A DNA stretch of 47,682 nucleotides from contig NIVC01002030.1 of assembly GCA_002269645.1 (NCBI GenBank), positions 1 to 47,682 of the forward strand, read 5' to 3'. This document shows positions 35,967 through 43,925 of the stretch, piece after piece (within the stretch, counting starts at the first letter, position 1; every line of letters starts with the position of its first letter). The stretch is from Macrostomum lignano. Lineage: Eukaryota. A program made the position numbers and the translations under genes. A model generated the notes under the pieces. The model saw only the letters and a program-made list of their open reading frames with translations. It searched no databases and was not told the origin of the DNA.

Positions 35967-36465
35967 GGGGTGACAGTAGCGCTAGATGGGGTGACAGTAG
36001 CGCTAGATGGGGTGACAGTTGCGCTAGATGGGGTGACAGTTGCGCTAGATGGGGTGACAGTTGCGCTAGATGGGGTGACAGTAGCGCTAGATGGGGTGAC
36101 AGTAGCGCTAGATGGGGTGACAGTAGCGCTAGATGGGGTGACAGTAGCGCTAGATGGGGTGACAGTAGCGCTAGATGGGTTGACAGTAGCGCTAGATGGG
36201 GTGACAGTTGCGCTAGATGGGGTGACAGTTGCGCTAGATGGGGTGACAGTTGCGCTAGATGGGGTGACAGTTGCGCTAGATGGGTGACAGTTGCGCTAGA
36301 TGGGGTGACAGTTGCGCTAGATGGGGTGACAGTTGCGCTAGATGGGGTGACAGTTGCGCTAGATGGGGTGACAGTTACGCTAGATGGGGTGACAGTTGCG
36401 CTAGATGGGGTGACAGTTACGCTAGATGGGGTGACAGTTGCGCTAGATGGGGTGACAGTAGCGCT
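35967..36465. repeat. 21-bp minisatellite
   Basis: Unit ggggtgacagt(a/t)gcgctagat, ~23 copies. Confidence 0.96.
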
Positions 36466-36506
36466 CTAAAGCTGACGTTAGACCCAGCTGGATTGAAAAC
36501 GTCGCC

Positions 36507-36755
36507 AGGGGTGCTAGATAGGTGACAGGGGTGCTAGATAGGTGACAGGGGTGCTAGATAGGTGACAGGGGTGCTAGATAGGCGACAGGGGGTGCTAGAT
36601 AGCTGACAGGGGTGCTAGATAGGCGACAGGGGTGCTAGATAGCTGACAGGGGTGCTAGATAGGCGACAGGTGTGCTAGATAGGCGACAGGGGTGCTAGAT
36701 AGGCGACAGGGGTGCTAGATAGGCGACAGGGGTGCTAGATAGGCGACAGGGGTGC
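36507..36755. repeat. 20-21-bp minisatellite related to the 21-mer
   Basis: Unit agg(t/c)gacaggggtgctagat, ~12 copies; shares gacag...gctagat. Confidence 0.92.
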
Positions 36756-37148
36756 CTATGTTGAGATCTGGCAGGGGCAATCAAGAAACTGGAGACATTC
36801 CGCCAAAACTCATGGACCAGGTAGGAATATTTGATTTGAGAATTAATAAATAGTAATTCTATTTGTAGCCAACAGTTTAAATTTCCCATCCCTATGAAGC
36901 ATCGAATTCAGCTCTTGGGAAAACCAATATGCTGACATGGCCTCAATATACTTTTAATAACCTCTATGCTTCATCTCGCAGACATGAGACAGTCCAAGCT
37001 CCTCCATTGACTCATACGCACCCATATAACAGGGACTACATAGCAGGAAGAAAAGAAATTAACCAAAAAATATTAAACTATAAAAATCTTTAAAAAACTA
37101 AAACTCCCTGTTAGCGATCGAAAAAAAAATTATAAAATCGTGGTGCTA

Positions 37149-37476
37149 ATCTGTGTCAGATGCTGTAAGTGTCCATCTGTGTCAGATGCTGTAAGTGTCC
37201 ATCTGTGTCAGATGCTGTAAGTGTCCATCTGTGTCAGATGCTGTAAGTGTCCATCTGTGTCAGATGCTGTAAGTGTCCATCTGTGTCAGATGCTATAAAT
37301 GTCCATCTGTGTCAGATGCTGTAAATGTCCATCTGTGTCAGATGCTGTAAGTGTCCATCTGTGTCAGATGCTGTAAGTGTCCATCTGTGTCAGATGCTGT
37401 AAGTGTCCATCTGTGTCAGATGCTGTAAGTGTCTATCTTTGTCAGATGTTGTAAGTGTCATCCGTGTCAGATGCTG
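37149..37476. repeat. 26-bp minisatellite
   Basis: Unit atctgtgtcagatgctgtaagtgtcc, ~12 copies. Confidence 0.95.
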
Positions 37477-37998
37477 CAAATTCCCAGTGAAACAGTAAAG
37501 CGACCAAATGATTAAAAATAGTTGAGGAGTAAAAGAGGCCAAACGGGATCGAAAGGGAAAATTGGCAAGCTGTGGCGGCGGGGGGTTCGCAAGGATCGGG
37601 TTGGGCGCGGGGGATTTCGGGGGGGGGGACAAAGACCTATTTTTTGTCTCCGGCCCTCCCGTCAGCCCCGCTAAAGCTTCCTCCTGCGCAATATTTGGCT
37701 TTTAGAGAGGGGAGAAGGGGCTAAATCAAGTGGGGAAGGCGCGGGCGAAGACCGGAATGGAATTATCCCATAGGTCCTGTATGCTAAATATGTACGAGCG
37801 TATATTGGGGGAGAAAAATCCCCACGAGAATTGGAGCTCAGCTCATTATGCACCAACAAGCTGGCTTCATTTGTGCCTGGCTTTGATAGAGCTAGATGGA
37901 AACGGGCCGCCTGCTGAAGCCGAATTAACTTTGCTGATGCTGTGCGTGAGCGGATTGCGGCTTGGATTTCCCTTGCGCTGCGGTGCAATTTCTGCCGC

Positions 37999-38386
37999 CT
38001 GTCTGCTTCTGTGCCGCCTGTCTGCTTCTGTGCTGCCTGTCTGCTTCTGTCTGCAATTCTGTCTGTCTGCAATTTTGTCTGTCTGCAATTCTGTCTGTCT
38101 GCAATTCTGTCTGTCTGCAATTCTGTATGTCTGCAATTCTGTATGTCTGCAATTCTGTATGTCTGCAATTCTGTATGTCTGCAATTCTGTCTGCCTGCGA
38201 TTCTGTCTGCCTGCAATTCTGTATGTCTGCAATTCTGTCTGTCTGCAATTCTGTATGTCTGCAATTTTGTCTGCCTGCAATTCTGTCTGTCTGCAATTCT
38301 GTCTGTCTGCAATTCTGTATGTCTGCAATTCTGTCTGTCTGCAATTCTGTCTGTCTGCAATTCTGTCTCTCTGCAATTCTGTCTCT
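37999..38386. repeat. 16-bp minisatellite
   Basis: Unit gcaattctgt(c/a)tgtct, ~21 copies plus a degenerate 5' part. Confidence 0.93.
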
Positions 38387-38909
38387 CTTGGCTTCCTCAG
38401 AGATTCCTCATTAGCTGAACTGAGACAAACCGTGGCGCCATTGTGGCAACCAAGTCAAATTTATCAACTGGTTCTACTCCTTACACGCCTTAGCAACAAT
38501 TTCTAATAATTTTAAAACTCATCAACATATTTCTAAAATTCAACAGCTCAAGCGTAAGATCTTGAAACTACAAGAATTAATTTTAATAAGTTAGGCGACT
38601 AATAAGTTTGCCCTGACCATTGTTGACAATAGATTGATTGTAATGATGGCAATCGACACTACTTGAGGCAAGAGCTGGATTGATTATAGAAAGCGAGTGA
38701 GCCAATCGATAGGCTGGAACAATAGTTAAGTATGGCCTATATTATACACGCATAGCTAAGATATGTAATTATAGGGTATTAGCATACACCATGTAGCTCG
38801 TAATTCCATGACACTGTTCAAACACGACTAAGTGTTGCGCAATAACTCCAAATTATTAACTGGGTAGGGGGGGGGCGCCCATAGTCAGTCCGTCTTGTCA
38901 ACTGTCAAA

Positions 38910-39845
38910 TACGAGGGTGCTTCAAATCTATAGTTTTGCCGTTCAGCCATTTCAAAAGCTTTTTTTCATAATTTTTTTCGGCTTTTATAAAGCACTTTTA
39001 TATAGAATTTATAGGGTGCAGTGTTTTCTTTTCATGTCTTTTTAACTGTATCTTTTCTGCACGAACTTTAAGCACCCCCTGAATTTTCCGCAAAATGCAC
39101 ACACAAGCAGAAATACCAAGCCCTCATATTAAATTTTGCAATTGAGGAGAAGATAAAGTCTGTACCCCACAACTTGTCCCTCTCTGCGCACCATCGAGCG
39201 ACTTTACAACGAATTCAAGCGTGGCAGGGTGAGCCATAAAAGTTGAGGCAGTAGCGCCCCGAATGCTTTCTCGTCGGGACTACTGCCTGACCTCTACAAT
39301 GAGAACCTGGATGGATTTGAGCGGTGAATCATTACTGGGGATGAGTGCTGGATCTGCCACTATGGAACCCCGAGTCTAAGCGAGATTCCAGGGCTGTTTC
39401 TTCTGGGACTGTCAGGGGATCCTGCTCGCCGAGTACCTGTCTGTTAGGCACACTGTCACAGGTGTCTGGTCCTCCGAACAGCTGGGCCGGTTTCGTCAGG
39501 CAGTGGTCCAGAAGAAGCGGGGGAAGCTGAGTGCTGGCCCCCTTGCTGCTTCACGACAATGCCTCAGCTCACACTGCCCAGGTTGCGGTGAATGCTGCCA
39601 CCACTGCGGGGTTCGAAATCCTCCCACATCCGGCCTATTCACCAGACCTGGCACCCTCCGATTTTCATCTATTCCGTCAGCTCAAGCGGCCACTCCATGG
39701 GCACCGCTTCGAGTCCAAAGAAGAGGTCATCACCCTCGCCAACCAGTGGCTAGAGGACCAAGAGGACCAGCGACACCCCGGGCGCTGCGCGACCGATGGC
39801 AGAAGTGCATTCATTGATCGCCAGGGGGACTATGTAGAAAAATAA
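38910..39845 (+). mobile_element. Decayed mariner (DD34D) transposon; left TIR only
   Basis: Starts TA-CGAGGGTGCTTCAAA, a mariner-type TIR start. Transposase remnants 39095-39845: ITGDECW, LHDNASAH and YSPDLAPSDFHLF with 34 residues between the 2nd and 3rd Asp, ending GDYVEK*. Stops, frameshifts and deletions; no right TIR seen. Confidence 0.88.
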
Positions 39846-40193
39846 GCTCTAACTATATGAACGACAATTCTGTGTAGAATTCGGTTAGTTTAAATCAGTC
39901 TAGGTAAGTGGTGTACGCGCAGTCTTATGCGCAGCAACTTCAGAAAAGACTTACTATGAAGTTTTAAAAAAATTACCGAAAATTTTACTGCTATCCTTCC
40001 CACTCTCTACAGCATAGAAAAAAACAGTTTGCGTAGGCCTAGACAAAAACTAGCTTTCATGCGCAAATAGTTCCACTTATGTCAGTAGAGAGATTGGCAT
40101 GCCAGGAACGAATGCTTTATGAAAACGAATGTTTAATTAAAGCGGTTACAGAATTTTCTAGATAATAAAAGCTACCCAGAGATGATTTACTTC

Positions 40194-40254
40194 AACTCTG
40201 GTTTCTCTTCATTCCACGATTAAATCTTTCGCCTTTTACTAAAGATTTCCGTGG
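40194..40254 (+). ncRNA. U5: U5 spliceosomal snRNA gene, 5' half (interrupted)
   Basis: AACTCTGGTTTCTCTTCATTCCACGATTAAATCTTTCGCCTTTTACTAAAGATTTCCGTGG matches the metazoan U5 5' domain. Invariant loop 1 GCCTTTTAC lies at 40231-40239, closed by AAATCTTT/AAAGATTT. Confidence 0.93.
40241..40254 (+). repeat. 14-bp target-site duplication AAAGATTTCCGTGG (copies 40241-40254, 40844-40857, 47297-47310)
   Basis: The identical U5-derived 14-mer is present at all three array junctions. Confidence 0.85.
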
Positions 40255-40843
40255 TGATTTCCGAAGTGACCACGCTCTGAAACGCAACTAATAAAACTAA
40301 ACTTGCTGCCTGAGACAGAGATCGGTTGATCAGTCATTAGGACTGATTAGGTAATCTCTATGTCTCCTCGCGTTTCTTTTTACAATTTTCCCAACTGTGT
40401 TTTTTACCCAACTGCTCTACAAATATCACTAATTGCTTTTTTACACCTTTACTATATTCATTCTATTTTTACAACTAAATTCAAATATGCGCTATTGCAT
40501 TTTTAATCTCTATTTTTTTTTACTTAAATGTCTTGCTTTTACTCTCAATAGGCCTTCAAATATCTAGCACGTATTTTTTAGATGTCCTGTTTTTATTAGA
40601 TCCCTTCTTTGTGTGGGATTTCCCTCCCCTCTTTTTTATCCCCAAATGCGTGCAAAATACTGCAAAATATTGAAAAATAGTTTTATATATTTATATTTTT
40701 AATTTCAATATTCGTATTAAATATTCAAATCGAAATCTTGTAAATATTTTTAATTCTTTCGATAAAATACAAAATATAACTGCGGCAGAGTTCTTCGGAA
40801 CTGACCCGCGCCGGTTTCGACGGCACCTCGTTTTAACAACAAA
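40255..40843 (+). mobile_element. 5'-truncated copy (3' UTR only) of the U5-associated LINE
   Basis: 40263-40843 is near-identical to 46724-47296. It ends ttttaacaacaaaaaa, has an 8-nt junction insert tgatttcc and is flanked by the 14-mer. Confidence 0.85.
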
Positions 40844-40912
40844 AAAGATTTCCGTGGAGGGATACCCTTAGGAGAATTCTCTAGTTTTTGCAGGCCTTTC
40901 CTAGAAAGGCTT
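40844..40912 (+). ncRNA. U5: U5 snRNA 3' half at the head of the full-length LINE copy
   Basis: GATTTCCGTGGAGGGATAC completes stem Ib against host GTTTCTCTTCA. Sm-like AGTTTTTG at 40883-40890; terminal stem-loop AGGCCTTTC-CTA-GAAAGGCTT at 40892-40912. Confidence 0.8.
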
Positions 40913-41135
40913 ATTAGAAATAGAATAGTTTAGACTAGCCTAGCTTAGCTCTTAAAAGTACTTTAGTTAGCCTTCCATTCCACTGTACATTTGTTTTTAT
41001 CTCTACTCTACCCCACCCCTAGTCTTATCTTGCAGTCGCCCCACCCCTCTCAGCGAGCGCACTTTGTGTGCCTCCTGACTCATTAGTTAGTTGTAGTTTA
41101 GGTTTAGTTTGAGTGTACCCAAATAATCACGCCAT

Positions 41136-43839
41136 ATGGCTGCAAATCGCGCCAGCGCTAAAAAGATGGACTGCCGGCCCTCTCTCGAGCACCGGTATCG
41201 TCCGAACGAAGCCTACGGTCGCCAGCTTCTTGGACTGACGCCGACAGCTGAGCCATCGACTGCGAGCCCGCCGCCAGCAGGCCTGATGCGAGCTCGACGC
41301 AGTCTGGAAGGCCGCCACTCGATCAGCCCACCGGCCGGCGAGCTCTTGCGCAACGCAGAGGAGATCCTGCGAGAGAATGAGCAGCTGCCGGAGGCTGCAG
41401 GCGCAGAGGCAGAGCAGCGCATGTCTCTCGACTGCGACGAGCCAGGCCAGACAAGCGCCCTGCCATCCAACGAGGCCGCAGCAACCACCGAGCCACCAAC
41501 TGCCGAGTCCAGCGAGCTCAGTGCGGCAGCGGCAGCGCCGACGTCTGAGGAGCGCCAGCAATCGGCTGCAGACCAGGCCTCGACGCTGCCAAAGCCCCCT
41601 GCCGAGCAACTGGACGCTGACATCAGTCAAATCATCTTCCCTGATGAGCCTGACTTGACTGACTGTCAGCAGACGATCTACGCTAGCGACAGCACCATCA
41701 TCTATGCGCCCAAGTTCCTGAGCGAGGTCGCGGACCAAGTCTACGAGCGCCTGATCACCGACCTGCTGCCTCAAGCCTTTCAGCATCGTCCGAGTGAGCA
41801 GCGCCGCGTCTACTGGATCGGCCCGTCGTACACCTACAGCGGGGTTGAGCTGAAGGAAAATCTAAACTGGCATCAGGTAATTGAAGACATTCGTGACTTC
41901 ATTTACCATGATACCCAGTTCGATGTCCCGAAGTTCAACTCCGTGTTGGTGAACTTCTACACCGAGCCGGGAGACCGGATTCCCTGGCACTCGGACGATG
42001 AGGATGAGCTCGGCGACAGGCCGACGATCGCGACCGTGTCCTTCGGTGCTGAGCGGCTGTTCATGCTGCGCCGTCGGGACGGCAACGTGACGCACCGCTT
42101 TCCAACGCTGCCAGGCTCGCTGATTCTGATGGCAGGAAACTGCCAGAAACGCCTGCAGCACCAGGTGCCCGCCGCCCACTCTCAGAATGGCGTCCGCATC
42201 TCGCTAACATTCCGTGTCACCAAGCCGGAGCTGCGGCGCAAGCGAGCTCTGCCGGATGACCCGACCTACAGCCAGCCGCTAAACGGCGGCCCATTCGGCG
42301 ACGACCAAGGCGGTCGGGACGACGACCAAGGCGGCCACGACGACGACCAGGGCGGCCGGGGCGACGACAGGCCCCAGGAGCGGCAGGCGACGGCGACGCG
42401 AGACCGCGAAGGCGATCGGGGTCGGCGCGGCCGTGGCGGCCACCAGCGAGGCAGGCGAGGAGGTCGCGGCGCGGCGTCCGGTGCGGCGGCGGCTTCGGCG
42501 GCTTCCTGGCCGGCCGGTGCGGCGGCGGCTTCGGCGACAAGCGCGCAGGCGGCTGCGGCAGCGCGGCCCTACGCGCAGGTTGCGGCGCGCCCTGCGCCGC
42601 CCAGAAGGCCCCAGGCTGCCATCCCGCCGATCGTTTTGAGGTGCACCGGGACGCGGCCAACAAGCTGATGCAGTTCGTTGCCTGGCTGCAGACCAACTTT
42701 GCCGGCGAAGCTAGAGCCGTCAACACTGCGCCGATGGCGAATCAGCCGGCCTATCTCGTGTTCCCAGCGTCGGAGCGGGACTACAACGTCTTCCTGGGCG
42801 GCGCGCTGCGCGAGGAGAAGCTGCTCGAGCATCCCGTAAAGCGCCGTCCAGCCCGAGCCCGACCGCTGGACAACAGAACAGGGCCCGACAGAGTGCAGCA
42901 GCAGCCGGTACGCACCTTTGTCGCTACTGAGGTGCCCCTCGCGTTCTCGGAGGCTGACTTCGCGACCCTGTTGCGCGACACGCTCAAGCTGGACATTGTC
43001 AGCGTCCACAGAATCCGAGCCAGAGCGACTGGGAAGGCAACCCAGTTCGTGCGCATCTTCACAAAGTCGGCGATGACCTACGAGAAGTGCCTCCGCGATG
43101 GCATCTGCACCGACTTCTTGAAGTTCAACTGCGAGGACAGCCGCACAGACGAGCCGGTCCGCGCTCTGCAATGCCAGCGCTGCCAGGAGTTCGGCCACCG
43201 CGCTGCCAGTGTCGGGGGCAGCAGCGCTGCCGGATTTGCGGCGGCCAGCATTCCTGGAAGGAGTGCCAGCACGAGGGCCCAGCGGTCTGCGCCAACTGCG
43301 GCGGCTCGCACCGAACCACCAGTCGAGCCTGCACCGTCGCCAAGGCGGAGCACGACAAGGCGACCAGAGCGGCTGCTGAGGCCAAAGCCGCGGCGCGAGC
43401 TGCGGAAGCTGCGGCCGCTGCTGCCCCAGTGTCAAGTGAGACCGACGACGCCGCCGCCGACGACGACTCCGACAGCGGCTGGCTGATCCGCCGAGGCAGG
43501 CGCACGGTGCCGGTACCCGCCGCGATCCGGCCGCTTGTCATCGTGACCGATGATGCCAGGAGCGCTCCGGCGGCAGAGACCGAGTCTGATGTCAATGCGA
43601 CTGCTCCGTCAGCTGATGCCGGCCAGGCGGTGCAGCTGCAGCTTAGTGACTTTATGTCGGTGGTGAGCATGCTGTTGCCCCTGATCACCCGCTCTCTGAC
43701 TCAAGTGGTTGTGCAGGCCCTGTCCCGACCGCCTGGGGAGGTCCTCACTGTGGAATCAACCAGTAAAATGGTTGAGGACATTGTGCGGGCTGCACTCCAG
43801 GAAGTGCCGGGCATGGCTGGCATGACCACTGAGTCCTAG
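41136..43839 (+). CDS. LINE ORF1: AlkB 2OG-Fe(II) dioxygenase + RGG-rich linker + gag-like region with three Cys/His zinc knuckles (2 frameshifts)
   Basis: ORFs 41136-42668, 42641-43486 and 43087-43839 join if one base is added at ~42648-42650 (G-run) and at ~43206 (C). Motifs: WHSDDE, PYAQVAA..IPPIVL, CQRCQEFGHRAAQC, CRICGGQHSWKEC, CANCGGSHRTTSRAC. Confidence 0.85.
41697..42215 (+). CDS. AlkB-family (ALKBH2/3-like) 2OG-Fe(II) dioxygenase domain within ORF1
   Basis: FNSVLVNFY..GD.I.WHSDDE..LG..PTIATVSFGAER.F...GSLILM.G..Q...QHQVP...RISLTFR. HxD at 41988-41996, distal His at 42159, R-x5-R at 42195-42215. Confidence 0.93.
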
Positions 43840-43925
43840 TCTCAGGCAGCTAAACTCAAGACTTGAATTGAAACTTCAGTGCGTTAACTGTAGACTCAAA
43901 CAATCAAACCACAGCCCTGAAGATT

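Noticed and set aside
14878-38386. CRISPR-like appearance of regular repeats
   Set aside because: No unique spacers between repeats, no cas genes, and the context is eukaryotic.
27988-38506. Repeat-protein-like ORFs (TLNSTVNCESV, LSTLPA, GVTVALD, QTDRIAD, REG repeats)
   Set aside because: All coincide with minisatellites whose unit lacks stops; both strands are often open and there is no unique coding flank.
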